From an uncultured Candidatus Rokubacteria bacterium (GTDB taxonomy: Bacteria; Methylomirabilota; Methylomirabilia; Rokubacteriales; DASRDR01), in the NCBI GenBank assembly GCA_963805625.1, contig CAWDVE010000025.1, positions 1-64,000 of the forward strand: a stretch of DNA of 64,000 nt. The letters run 5' to 3'. Within the stretch, counting starts at the first letter, position 1. Each line of letters begins with the position of its first letter. The position numbers and the translations under genes are program-made. Shown piece by piece: positions 1 to 9,703 of this stretch. The notes under the pieces were generated by a model. The model did no database searches. It saw nothing but the letters and a program-made list of their open reading frames with translations, and was not told the origin of the DNA.

Positions 1-334
1 GCGCGACGCCAACCGGGTGTTCCAACACTTCCAGGCGACGTTGGCGCAGACGCTCGGCGACGACGTGGAACTCCTCTGGGATCGCCGGGCGGGTGATCGG
101 CGTCGTCCCGCTGCATCGGTCCCCGTGGAGCGGCGTGTCCAAGACCGCCGAGACCCTGAACCCGAGCCGGTGTTCCTGGACCAGCGACAACTGGAGCGCC
201 GCCAACGGCCTGAGGCGCGGTTGCCTGACCGACGACGGGCCGAGCGACGTCGACGCATGCCGGCCGCCTGGCGGGCATTGGGCTTTGTCGTGGTGCGGCG
301 AGAGCGCCCCGGTTCAGGCAGGGGCACCGCCTAG
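1..334 (+). CDS. Hypothetical protein with Arg-rich DRR/ERR repeats (probably starts upstream of the window)
   Basis: ORF 17..334 is open back to the window edge; 'VELLWDRRAGDRR...ERRVQDRR...ERRQ...DRRRAERR...WRALGFVVV'. Confidence 0.6.
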   Translation, partial: RDANRVFQHFQATLAQTLGDDVELLWDRRAGDRRRPAASVPVERRVQDRRDPEPEPVFLDQRQLERRQRPEARLPDRRRAERRRRMPAAWRALGFVVVRRERPGSGRGTA

Positions 335-419
335 CCATGTCGACCGGCGCGGCCAAGGTCGGACGCCGGATCGCCGCGCTCCGCCAGCGCCTGGGGCTCA
401 TCTGCATCGGCCGCCGGCA

Positions 420-1548
420 ATGGGAAGCGTGTGGCGTCCCAAGTATCCGCCGACCGGGCAGACGTACAAGTCCGCCAAGGCGGCCGGCGTGCTGATCGAG
501 TCGCGGATCTGGTGGGTGAAGTACTACGTGAATGGCCGGCCGACACCGACAGTCGGACCGAAGCGCAGCGCTTCCTCAAGGGGCGCGAGGGCCGCGTCGC
601 GACCGGGCAGCCCGGGCTGTCTCGAGCGGATCGCGTGCGCTACGAGGAGCTTGCGGCGGATCTCCGGGGGCATTGCGAGACGACCGAATGCCGGGACCTC
701 GAGGAGGCGGACGGTCGCTTCGCCCACCTCAAGGCGTTCTTTGCGGGCCATCGCGCCTCGGGCAGCCCGAGGCCACGGCCTATGTCGCGCACCGGCATGG
801 GGAGGGGGCGCAAACGGCACGATCAACCGCGAGCTCGCGGTCTTGATCCGGATGCTCCGGCTCGGCTACGAGACGCGCAAAGTGCTTTCCCTAATGATCC
901 GGAAGCTGAAGGAGAACGGCCCGCGCCAAGGCTTCTTCGAACTCGGGCAGTTCGCCGCAGTCAGAAAGCATCTCCCGCCGGATCTCCAGGTGTCCGTGGG
1001 GGGTAGCGTACACGTTCGGCTGGCGGATGCAGAGCGAAGGGCTCACCCTCGAGCGCCGACACCTCGACCTCGAGGCGGGGACCCTGCGGCTGGATCCCGG
1101 CACCACCACGAGGAACGACGACGGGCGGGTCGTCTACCTCCCGGCCGACGTCCAGGCCCAGCTGGCCGCCCAAGTAGATCGCGTCCGAGTGCTCGAGCGC
1201 ACGCTCGGCCGCGTGTATCCCGTTCCTGTTCCCGCATCTGCGGGGGCCGTGGAAGGGGACCCGGCGCCGGGACTTCCGGAAGGCATGGGCACTGGCGGTC
1301 AAGCAGGCCGGCTGTCCCGGCCGGCTGCGGCACGACTTCCGGCGAACGGCGGTCCGAAACATGGTCAACGCGGGCGTGGCCGAGCGGGTTGCTATGACCG
1401 TCACCGGCCACAAGGCGCGGGCCGTGTTCGACCGCTAGCACATCGTCAATCCGGGCGAGACCTCCAGGACGTGGCGCGGCGGCTCACGGGCCAAGTATCG
1501 GGCAAAGTCCAGACCGCGGCCGTTGACGGCCGTCCGGCAAGTAGCTAG
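420..1548 (+). pseudogene. Tyrosine recombinase/phage integrase, frameshifted, with a stop at the catalytic Tyr
   Basis: MGSVWRPKY..WWVKYYVNG; TINRELAVL; [32 protein letters not shown] (TAG at 1436-1438); several frame switches. Confidence 0.85.
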
Positions 1549-1551
1549 GAT
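1523..1551 (+). promoter_or_regulatory. sigma70-type promoter of tRNA-Val
   Basis: TTGACG-N17-TAGGAT ending about 10 nt before the tRNA. Confidence 0.65.
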
Positions 1552-1560
1552 TGCAGGCAC

Positions 1561-1636
1561 GGACGATTAGCTCAGTTGGCAGAGCACCGGCCTCACATGC
1601 CGGGGGTCGCAGGTTCAAGTCCTGCATCGTCCACCA
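1561..1636 (+). tRNA. tRNA-Val(CAC)
   Basis: 76-nt cloverleaf GGACGAT...ATCGTCC-A-CCA; anticodon arm CCGGC-CTCACAT-GCCGG; T-loop GTTCAAGT. Confidence 0.97.
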
Positions 1637-1650
1637 CCTGAACGCCAATG

Positions 1651-1680
1651 GAACCGGGGAGTTGTCGAGCCCCCGGTTTC
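1651..1680 (+). terminator. Hairpin downstream of tRNA-Val (island-supplied terminator)
   Basis: AACCGGGG-11nt-CCCCGGTT followed by TC. Confidence 0.5.
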
Positions 1681-1703
1681 CGATCTTAGCCACTCGCTTG
1701 GCC

Positions 1704-1726
1704 GGTGCCACTTCTGGTGCCACTTC
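1704..1726. repeat. Tandem GGTGCCACTTC, likely integrase arm-type sites
   Basis: Perfect 11-bp copies at 1704-1714 and 1716-1726; inverted AGTGGCA near attR (14695-14701). Confidence 0.5.
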
Positions 1727-1782
1727 CTGGGAGCCGGCTCAGGGCCCGCACCGCTTCTTGGAGCCGCTCGTCCGAGAGGTGG

Positions 1783-2222
1783 GCCCATTTGGACGTAGCT
1801 GGCGAACGTGTGGCGCAGGTCGTGGAAGCGAAAGTTTGCGATCCCGACTTTCCGGAGCGTCGTCGCCCACACCTTCTTTATGCTGACGAACCGGGTCTCC
1901 GTCTCGTCGTTCCAGAAGACGTAATCCGTCTTGAGGTGGCGCGGGAGGCGGCGCAGCTCCTCCAGGAGGGGGTCATTGATCGGAATGCCCCGGGACTTGC
2001 CGGATTTGGTCCCGGTGACGCGGATCATGCGATTCGTCATGTCCACCGGTCCCAGGTGAGCCCGAGGATCTCCCCGCGACGCATCCCGGTGTGGAGCGCG
2101 CAGACCACAATGGGTCGGAGATGAGGCGGACAGGCCGCGAAGAGACGCTCGATCTCTTCCGGCGCCAAATAACGGACCCGGCCCTCGGGCTCCGGCAGCT
2201 TCTTGACGCGCAGGATGGGGTT
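1783..2222 (-). pseudogene. Internal fragment of a different tyrosine integrase
   Basis: RVRYLAPEEIERL..LHTGMRRGEILGLTW; TKSGKSRGIPIN; FRFHDLRHTFAS; truncated at both ends. Confidence 0.85.
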
Positions 2223-2730
2223 TCTGGAACAGATCGAGGCGCTGGACGGCCAGGTGCGCGGGTTCGACCAGCGGATCCAGGCCACCTTCACGCCGACCCC
2301 GGTGATTCAGCGGCTGCTGAGGCTGCCGGGGGTGGGACAGACGTTGGCTGTGGTGATCGCCCTCGAGGTGGGGGACGTCACGCGGTTTGCCATCGCCGAA
2401 AAGCTGGCCAGCTATGCGGGGACCACCCCGCGCGTCCACGCGAGCGGGGGAAAGACCCGATACGGTCCCTCGCGCCCCGACGTCAACCGCTACCTCAAGT
2501 GGGCCTACGTCGAAGCGGCGAACGCGATTTGTCTGACGCGCGGGCGCACGGCACCTCGCCACGTCAGCTGGCTGTATGAACGCGTCGCGCGACGCAAGGG
2601 CCACGCGAAGGCCATCGGGGCGGTGGCCCGGCATCTGGCCGAAGCGACGTACTGGATGTTGAGGAACGCGGAGGCCTATCGAGAACCGAAGGCGTTCACG
2701 CCGTGTCGTCCACGAGACATACATGGGTAG
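2221..2730 (+). mobile_element. IS110-family transposase C-terminal fragment
   Basis: LLRLPGVGQTLAVVIALEVGDVTRF..KLASYAGTTPRVHASGGK..NRYLKWAYVEAA..KAIGAVARHL; N-terminal DEDD domain absent. Confidence 0.85.
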
Positions 2731-2832
2731 GCTCGACGGGAAAACCGCACTGGTTACCGGTGGCACGAGCGGCGTCGGCCTGGCGACAGCGAAGCAGTTC
2801 GTGGCCGAGGCGGCTACGTCGTCATCACGGGC
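2723..2832 (+). pseudogene. Short-chain dehydrogenase N-terminal fragment
   Basis: MGRLDGKTALVTGGTSGVGLATAKQF, after which the similarity ends. Confidence 0.7.
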
Positions 2833-3112
2833 CCACGTTGTCCTCGCTCATCGCGAAGAAGATCATCTCGCGTTCACCCTCACCCTGAGGCCGGAGCTCA
2901 GCGGCCCCTTCGGGCGCGGAATGATCGTGATGGATTCCTCGTCGAGCCGTGCTGGTGGAAGCGCCCTCACCACTGCGAGACTTCGTGAGCTTCACCGACG
3001 ACTTGCGAGCCCGTGTGCCGTACAATCACATCGACACCGGCTCCTTTGTGCTGGACAATGTCCTCCGCGTCAACCTCGGTTGGCCCGACGGGCTCGGGGA
3101 GGGAGGCAACCT

Positions 3113-3409
3113 ATGCGAAGACTGGTCGCGCTCGGGGCCGTCGTCGGCGGTGTGTTCGCCATTCGGTGGCTTCTTCCATCAGAGGGACGCGGGTCGTCGC
3201 GACGGCCCGGGGCCACGATGAGGCAACGGATCATGGCGCGCATGCTCGAGGGGATGCCGCCCGACTCACCCCCAAAGCTCGTCATGGCGATTCTGCCTCG
3301 GCTGCAGCAGCAGAACGACGAGATAACCGCGCTACTCCGAGAGCAGAACGAGCTACTTCGGCGGGCACTGCCCCAGCCCGTCACTCGCGAGAGCGAGACA
3401 ACGGGGTGA
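3113..3409 (+). CDS. Small membrane-anchored hypothetical protein (98 aa)
   Basis: GGAGG RBS before ATG 3113; N-terminal TM segment and C-terminal coiled coil LQQQNDEITALLREQNELL. Confidence 0.6.
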   Translation: MRRLVALGAVVGGVFAIRWLLPSEGRGSSRRPGATMRQRIMARMLEGMPPDSPPKLVMAILPRLQQQNDEITALLREQNELLRRALPQPVTRESETTG

Positions 3410-3494
3410 GAGTTTGGAGGCGCTTTACATGGGGCCGTCACTGAGAGTAGCGCGGCAAGCTGCGCGGCGTGGGGCGAGGGCACAATCTCGCGCG

Positions 3495-3779
3495 TCATGG
3501 AATCACGATTTCCCGACGAACAGTGGTTTGAGCAGTATGCCGCGCGCCGACCAATATGAGGAGAATGGGGACGAACGGCAACTTCGCACCAAACATGTCG
3601 TTCAGTCCGATGAGTAGCGCCAGGATGCCCAGGAGAACGGTGAAGCCGCGGACCTGAACGTCCCGAAAGTAACGAGCCGCGCCCCAGGAACGCCACAACC
3701 TTCCGAGGTCGAGTTTATCCGGATGTGGAATAAGGTTTGAGTCCCGATGGCTAAGTGCGGAGGAGACGACCCTTGACAA
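3495..3779 (-). CDS. Small membrane protein or fragment
   Basis: Hydrophobic GFTVLLGILALLIGL..FVPILLILVG; start unclear. Confidence 0.3.
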   Translation of the reverse strand: MSRVVSSALSHRDSNLIPHPDKLDLGRLWRSWGAARYFRDVQVRGFTVLLGILALLIGLNDMFGAKLPFVPILLILVGARHTAQTTVRREIVIP

Positions 3780-3872
3780 GGCGTGAGGTTTGAGTCCCGT
3801 GTCCCTCTTCGGGACCAGACACCGCGGAACCTCTTGCTCTCACTGGCGAAAGCGCGATCGTGGTTCAAGCAC

Positions 3873-3897
3873 GGTTCGAATCCCGCCGGAGCCACCA
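3873..3897 (+). repeat. Orphan tRNA 3'-end fragment (att remnant of another tRNA)
   Basis: GGTTCGAATCCCGCCGGAGCCACCA (T-arm + acceptor strand + CCA) with no matching 5' half. Confidence 0.6.
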
Positions 3898-3943
3898 CCG
3901 ACTGTCTCGGCGCCCCTCTCTTCCGTGCCGCGCGCGCCGCGCG

Positions 3944-4486
3944 TCAGCGGGACACCCCCAGCTTTTCACGGGTCTGATCGTCGAGCCGGCCGCTTTCGGT
4001 CAATTTCTGATCCTTCTGAAACGCCTTGAGAGCCGCCATCGTCTTCGGGCCCATGACGCCGTCGATGGGACCGGGGTCCATGCCCTTGTCCTGGAGCGCC
4101 TTCTGGACCGCCTTGACCTGCTCAGCGCCGGCGCTGCCGCTGGTGCTCATGCCGGACTTCGGTGTGCTGCCCATACTGGGCGCGCTGGTGCTGCCGGCGC
4201 TCGGCGAGCTGGTGCTCCCGCTGGGCGCGCTGGTCGTGCCCATGCCCGACTTCGATTTCCCGGTCGCGCCGGAGCCCGTGCCGGCCGGTGGGGTCGACGG
4301 CGAAGTCGTCGAGCCGGGCTGCGTGGCGGACGGCGCGGGCGGGGTGGTCGGCGTGCTGCCGCCGGAGCCCGTCGCCGGGGCGCTGCCGGTGCCCGTGCTG
4401 CCCCCGCTGCTTTGCGCGAGCGCCGGCGCGACCATCGCGGCGACGATCGCCAGGGTGGCCAGGATGCTGATGACTCGGGATGCCAT
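3944..4486 (-). CDS. Secreted peptidoglycan-binding domain protein with Ser/Thr/Gly-rich linker
   Basis: Signal peptide ending PALAQ; C-terminal VKAVQKAL..DPGPIDGVMGPKTMAALKAFQ..GRLD (PG_binding_1). Confidence 0.85.
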   Translation of the reverse strand: MASRVISILATLAIVAAMVAPALAQSSGGSTGTGSAPATGSGGSTPTTPPAPSATQPGSTTSPSTPPAGTGSGATGKSKSGMGTTSAPSGSTSSPSAGSTSAPSMGSTPKSGMSTSGSAGAEQVKAVQKALQDKGMDPGPIDGVMGPKTMAALKAFQKDQKLTESGRLDDQTREKLGVSR

Positions 4487-4505
4487 TGCGTGTTCCTCCT
4501 GGGAG

Positions 4506-6110
4506 CTACTCGCTCCCTCCTGATTGGCGGACCTCTCGGTCAAACCCCGGAAGGATCGCCTTGATGAACGCGTTCTGGATGAGCTTGACGATCGCCTGGA
4601 ACGTGCTGGTCTGGGGATTGTCGAGCCGTCCAGAGATGTCGATCTGCGTGGCGACTTCCTTGCGGGGGACGTTCTTCATGACCTTGGAAACGCCGGTCAC
4701 AACCTTCTCGTACAGCTTGCGCATCGTGCTCTTATCGCGGTCCTGCGCCGGGTCGTAGGCCTGCACGTCCTTGAAGAGCGGCTTCACCCACCCGCGGATC
4801 TGGCCGTTTTTTACTGCGAGCTCCGAGTAGAAGGAGAACACCCCGGCGACGACGTCGAACCCGCCGTGCGCCCGCAGCATGTCGTTCATCGTCCGGAGGT
4901 CAGTGTTCTCGAGCGCGACCCGCATGTCGAAGTCCGGCCCGTCGATCTCAGGCCGGAAGTGGGCCGTGGCTTTGGTCGGGCCGCTGCCCATGAAGCGGCC
5001 CCCGAGGGTCGCCGTCATCTGCCCCTCGGTGCGCTGGTTGGTGAAGTTCTCGAGCTGGAGCCGCGCGACGTCGATGAAGGCCCGGTAGTTGGGCGTCGTG
5101 CGCTTGTTGAAGAAGCCGACGCGGCTGTCGACCAGTTCGACGCGCCCCGCGCGGATCAAGAGGTCCGGCGCATTGTTGGCCTGTTGCACCGCCTGGACGG
5201 TCTTGCGGGCGGCCTTCTCGGGGACGCCGGCGGCCGCCGCCTGCGGGGTCTGGACGTACTCGATCTTCATCCCGCTGATTGTCGCCTCCTTGAGGTCGGC
5301 GATCCGGACGGTGGGGCCGTACTCGAAGGCGCCCGCCGCGGACAGGATCCCGCCCTCGATGGCGACGCTGCCGCGGTTCAGCACCGGCTTGAAGTGGTCG
5401 AGGGCGATCCCCTCCAGCTTCACGTCACCCTGGACGCCCGGGATCGGCACCGCCAGGAAGTCGGCATGGCCGTTCAGGGTCACGCGGCCGTTCTGGAACG
5501 CGACGGCGTCCAGATGGAGGTCCGACGGGTAGGTCCGCTCCTTCGACCGGATGTTCCGGATGTTCTGGGCGGTCAAGTTGATCTGGGTGACCTCGAGCGG
5601 GTCGAAGGGCCCCTCGTCGACGTAAGTCACGCGCCCGTCCGTCACGCGGACCTCGTTGATCTTCAGGGGGTAGATCGCCTCGAACGCCTCCTGCCAGCCG
5701 TGGTCCTTGACGGGAGTCGGATCCTTCGCCTCGGCGCGGAGCTGCTGGAGGTCCACGTAGATGGCGGGTTGGGTCAGGCCGAAGTTGGCGACCAGCCGTC
5801 CCCGAAGAAGCGCTTTCCACTGGACGCTGGCGTCCAACTGGGGTGCGTGGAAGACGGGCGGATCGGGGTGGGCTTCCTGGAGGAACTTGAGATCGTACAG
5901 GGTCAGCGAGAGCCCGATGGGATGAAAGCTGAGCTTCCGGATGTCCGCGCTGTACCCCTTCAGCTGCCGGTTCATCTGGCGGACCACGACGCGCCGGAGC
6001 GGCTCGTCGATGAAGAACGAGCCGACCACGGCCAAGGCCACGAGCACCAGGAGGGCGACGCCCGTGTAGCGAAGCCAGCGACGTTTGCCATGAGGGCGGT
6101 GGGATGTCAT
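4506..6110 (-). CDS. DUF748/AsmA-like protein
   Basis: 534 aa; N-terminal TM; repeated beta-rich segments; C-terminal LIQNAFIKAILPGF. Confidence 0.75.
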   Translation of the reverse strand: MTSHRPHGKRRWLRYTGVALLVLVALAVVGSFFIDEPLRRVVVRQMNRQLKGYSADIRKLSFHPIGLSLTLYDLKFLQEAHPDPPVFHAPQLDASVQWKALLRGRLVANFGLTQPAIYVDLQQLRAEAKDPTPVKDHGWQEAFEAIYPLKINEVRVTDGRVTYVDEGPFDPLEVTQINLTAQNIRNIRSKERTYPSDLHLDAVAFQNGRVTLNGHADFLAVPIPGVQGDVKLEGIALDHFKPVLNRGSVAIEGGILSAAGAFEYGPTVRIADLKEATISGMKIEYVQTPQAAAAGVPEKAARKTVQAVQQANNAPDLLIRAGRVELVDSRVGFFNKRTTPNYRAFIDVARLQLENFTNQRTEGQMTATLGGRFMGSGPTKATAHFRPEIDGPDFDMRVALENTDLRTMNDMLRAHGGFDVVAGVFSFYSELAVKNGQIRGWVKPLFKDVQAYDPAQDRDKSTMRKLYEKVVTGVSKVMKNVPRKEVATQIDISGRLDNPQTSTFQAIVKLIQNAFIKAILPGFDREVRQSGGSE

Positions 6111-6137
6111 ACGAGTCCTGCTCTACCAGTGCAGCAG

Positions 6138-6153
6138 TGCAAAGGGCCTGCCC
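6138..6153 (-). promoter_or_regulatory. Putative sigma54 promoter for the DUF748 gene
   Basis: GGGCAGGCCCTTTGCA (GG-N10-GC) about 28 nt upstream of ATG 6110. Confidence 0.4.
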
Positions 6154-6454
6154 GTGCCAGCCCAGCCCCGCGTGTCAGCTGAATCGCCGCTGTTCGAGGC
6201 TTCTCGGACGACAGAACGGCGAAGCGGCGTCACGCTGGCGGGCCAGCCGTCGGGTCACCGGCTCGCTGGCACAGCCCTCTCACGGAGAGCCACGATGGGG
6301 GTGTCCGGCACGCGACTGCGCGGGAATCGACGAGACGCGAAAGTTGGGGGCGTTGATCCGGCCGCAGCGTCTCGTCCTGGACGCCGTCCCCCGACACAGC
6401 GGCCCGCGCGCGCCTCGACCCCCGGCCCCCTGGCCGAGAGCGAGACGACGAAAC

Positions 6455-6890
6455 CTGCACGCTCGCCGTGGACATCGGCGGGACGGGGATCAAGGCCTCG
6501 GTGCTCGACGAGCGCGGGGCGCTGCTCGGGGCCAAGGTGCGGGTCAGCACGCCGGTCGGCGAGCCCCCTCGCACGCTGCTTCGGGCGCTCGTGGGGCTCG
6601 TCCGAACGCTCCCGCGCTTCGACCAGGTCTCCGTGGGCTTTCCGGGTGCCGTCGCCGACGGGCGCGTCCTGACCGCCGTGAATCTCTACCACCGGGGCTG
6701 GATCGGATTCGACCTCGGGAGAGCCGCTCGAGGCGCTATTTCGCAAGCCCGTCCGCGCGGCGAACGACGTCGCTCTCCAGGGCCTGGCCGCCATCCGCGG
6801 CCAAGGCTTCGAGCTCGTGATCACGCTCGGGACCGGCCTCGGCTGCGCGATGTACCTCAACGGCCTCTTGGTGCCGCAGTTCTCGCTCAG
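6455..6890 (+). pseudogene. ppgK: ROK-family polyphosphate glucokinase-like gene, frameshifted and truncated
   Basis: LAVDIGGTGIKA..VSVGFPG; next frame PVRAANDVALQGL..VITLGTGLG. Confidence 0.7.
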
Positions 6891-7104
6891 CCGCTAACCC
6901 ACGCCGCGCCGGTGTGGCAATCGAGCGTCAGACCCTCAGGGATGTGCGGGCGCAGACGCTCGGGATCGACCGGCCAATGGGCGAAGAGGAGATCGCGCCA
7001 CCGCTGCGCCATGACCCAGGGCCGGGGCGGGAGCGGCCAGGGCCGATGCGCGCGGAAGTCCAGGCGCTTCCGGAAGCTGTTCTCGCGGGTCGCCCGCCGC
7101 TCAT
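6887..7104 (-). pseudogene. DUF2071 (YqjF) N-terminal fragment
   Basis: HRPWPLPPRPWVMAQRWRDLLFAHWPVDPERLRPHIPEGLTLD; truncated. Confidence 0.75.
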
Positions 7105-7457
7105 GAGTCAAGTCAGGGCCCCTCCCTCCCGGCCGAAGAGGCCCGCGTGCAAGAACCGCCGCAGCGCGCGTCAAGGCTGGGGCGGGCGCGGTCCGCGTCC
7201 TGAGCGGATCGTGGCGGCTCCCCAGAGCGCGCCGCCTCATTGCTACCCCATCGCCGGCGGCCGGTGCGACCGGCGACTCGGGAGTCACGGTGTCGTCGCG
7301 ATGTCAGCCTGGCGCTCTGTAGCGGCGTGGGCGACGCCTGCGCGTCGAGGCCCACGCGCTCGCCGGCGCGGGGCGCGGGCGGTCCTGAGTTGCCAGGAAG
7401 CCCGCCGCGTTCCGAATCGGCGCCGCCGGACTCAGAGGTCCACGTGTTCTCTCGCGC

Positions 7458-7473
7458 TGGCACAGCATTTGCT
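7458..7473 (+). promoter_or_regulatory. sigma54 (-24/-12) promoter
   Basis: TGGCAC-AGCAT-TTGCT, full consensus. Confidence 0.65.
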
Positions 7474-7739
7474 CCTCTCATGAGAGTTCCCGGCAAGACC
7501 ATGAGCAGGGCAGTCGTTCCGAAGGCCCCGGTCCACCGCCTGTCGACGGATGGAGCAGGCAAGAGGTCGCCTCACCCCGATGGTCGACGGGCTCGAATCC
7601 TGAGCGCCGGGACTAGCGTATCCACCCCCTCACCGACGGCGCGCCCGTCGGGTCCGAAGCGCGGCTAACGCATCAAGGCGGCACGGAGCGCGGGACCGAG
7701 GGCGCCTTCGATATTCCGATTCACCCAAGGAGAGGTCCC

Positions 7740-8333
7740 ATGAAAGACGAAGAAGTCCGCGAGTTGCTCTACCAGGCCCTCGAGACCGAGCTCGGCGGCG
7801 TGCAGATCTACCAGACGGCGCTGCGCTGCGCCGTGAACGACGACCTCAAGAAGGAGTGGGAGGAGTACCTCGAGCAGACGCAGAACCACGTGCGCGTCGT
7901 GGAGAACGTCTTCACGCGGCTTGAGCTGGATCCAGAGGTTGAGACTCCCGGGCGAATGATCGTGCGCCACATCGGCGAGTCCCTGGTGAAGGCCATGGAG
8001 ATGGCCCTCGATGGCGGCAAGCCGGAGGCGGCGCAGCTCGTGGCGGCCGAGTGCGTCGTGCTCGCCGAGACCAAGGACCATTTGAACTGGGAGCTGATCG
8101 GCGAACTCGCCAAGAAGGCGAAGGGCGAGAAGGGCTCGGCGCTGAAGGTAGCGCACAAGGAGGTCGAGGAGGAGGAGGACGAGCACCTCTACCACACGAC
8201 CGGCTGGACCCGGGAGCTGTGGATCGAGGCACTGGGGATGCCGGCCGTCCTGCCGCCGCCGGAGGAGGAGAAGGAAGTGAAGACGGCGATCGGCGCCGCC
8301 CGGGCCAAGCGCGCGCGCAAGGACATGCTGTAG
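7740..8333 (+). CDS. Ferritin-like (DUF892-type) stress protein
   Basis: AAGGAG RBS; ETELGG..EQTQNH..ETKDH..EEDEH diiron-like motifs. Confidence 0.8.
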   Translation: MKDEEVRELLYQALETELGGVQIYQTALRCAVNDDLKKEWEEYLEQTQNHVRVVENVFTRLELDPEVETPGRMIVRHIGESLVKAMEMALDGGKPEAAQLVAAECVVLAETKDHLNWELIGELAKKAKGEKGSALKVAHKEVEEEEDEHLYHTTGWTRELWIEALGMPAVLPPPEEEKEVKTAIGAARAKRARKDML

Positions 8334-8544
8334 GGCTGCCATGGCGCCAGAGCCGACCGGAGCTGGGCGACGTGTCGCGCGGGGAGGTCCGTCTCGTTCG
8401 ACAATGTTCTGCGCGATCATCTCCGGGAGATCGAGAATATCTCGGCGAAGGTCCTGGCCAAGAAGTAGTGGGTGCGATCCGGTCGGGCGGATGGCCGGCG
8501 GTCAGCGCCGATCGCCGGCCATCCCCGCGGTGAGGTGAGCAGGG

Positions 8545-9597
8545 ATGCTCTCGTTCGGCTTCACGCGCGTGCCTCTCACATGGCGTGAGCTCCTCACACG
8601 GACCGTCAAGGAGTTCGTGGGGGACAACGGCCTCGGTCTCGCCGCCCAGCTGGCCTACTACTTCTTCTTCTCGCTTTTTCCCGCCGTGCTGGTCGGGATC
8701 GCGTTCGCGAGCTTCTTCCCGCTCGAGCACTTCGTCGACCGCATGGTGGGCGCGCTCGGCGGCATCATCCCGGGCGACATCATCGGGATCCTCCAGGATC
8801 AAATCCGCAAGATCTCGGAGGGCAACAACGGGGGGATCCTGACCTTCGGCCTCCTCGCCGCCCTCTGGAGCAGCTCGGCGGCCGTCATGGGGCTGATCGA
8901 CGCGCTGAACCGCGCGTACGACATCGAGGAAGGCCGGCCCTGGTGGAAGGTTCGCTTGCTGGCGCTCGGCCTGACGCTCGCGCTGGCGGCGATCATCCTC
9001 GTCGCGTTCGCCCTGGTCCTCATCGGTCCGACGGCCGCCGAGTACATCGCACGGGTGACCGGGCTCGGCCCGGTCTTCACCTGGACGTGGAAGATCCTTC
9101 AGTGGCCGGTGGTGCTGGCTCTCGTAGCGACCGGCGCGGGCTTCGTCTACTACTTCGCCCCGGACGCCGAGCAGGAGTGGGTCTGGGTGACGCCGGGCGC
9201 CGCCCTCGCGTCGCTCATCTGGCTCGGTGCCTCGCTCGGGTTCAAGTACTACGTCGCGCACTTCGCGACCTATACCGAGACCTACGGCGCCATCGGCGGC
9301 GTCATGGTCCTGCTCCTGTGGTTCTATATCTCCGGCGTGGTCTTGCTGCTGGGCGCCGAACTGAACGCCGAGATCGAGCACGCGTCGCCGTACGGGAAGG
9401 CGGTCGGCGAGAAGGTGCCCGGCGCGAAGCGGGCGATCGGCGTGCTCGCCTATCGGCGTTACGCGTCACGCCCGCCCGCCGAGCCCCAGCCGGCGCCCGT
9501 GCCCTTGCCGGCGCCGCTGCCTGCGCCGGGACTTCTGCGGCGGGTCGTCATGGCGATCGTCGCCGCCATCATCATCCTCCGGTGGCAGGACGACTGA
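8545..9597 (+). CDS. YihY/virulence factor BrkB family membrane protein
   Basis: LAAQLAYYFFFSLFP; LNRAYDIEEGRPWW; TYGAIGGVMVLLLWFY..LGAELNAE. Confidence 0.9.
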   Translation: MLSFGFTRVPLTWRELLTRTVKEFVGDNGLGLAAQLAYYFFFSLFPAVLVGIAFASFFPLEHFVDRMVGALGGIIPGDIIGILQDQIRKISEGNNGGILTFGLLAALWSSSAAVMGLIDALNRAYDIEEGRPWWKVRLLALGLTLALAAIILVAFALVLIGPTAAEYIARVTGLGPVFTWTWKILQWPVVLALVATGAGFVYYFAPDAEQEWVWVTPGAALASLIWLGASLGFKYYVAHFATYTETYGAIGGVMVLLLWFYISGVVLLLGAELNAEIEHASPYGKAVGEKVPGAKRAIGVLAYRRYASRPPAEPQPAPVPLPAPLPAPGLLRRVVMAIVAAIIILRWQDD

Positions 9598-9703
9598 CGG
9601 CTCGATCCGCAACCACGCCGACGCGCTACAGCAACCTGCCCACGCTGTTCCAGCGGACCCGGTGAATCGCCGGCGTCGCCTCGCGGTATGCTCGGAGTCG
9701 GCC

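Noticed and set aside
4140-4410. Repetitive DNA
   Set aside because: Low-complexity Ser/Thr/Gly/Pro linker of the PG-binding protein
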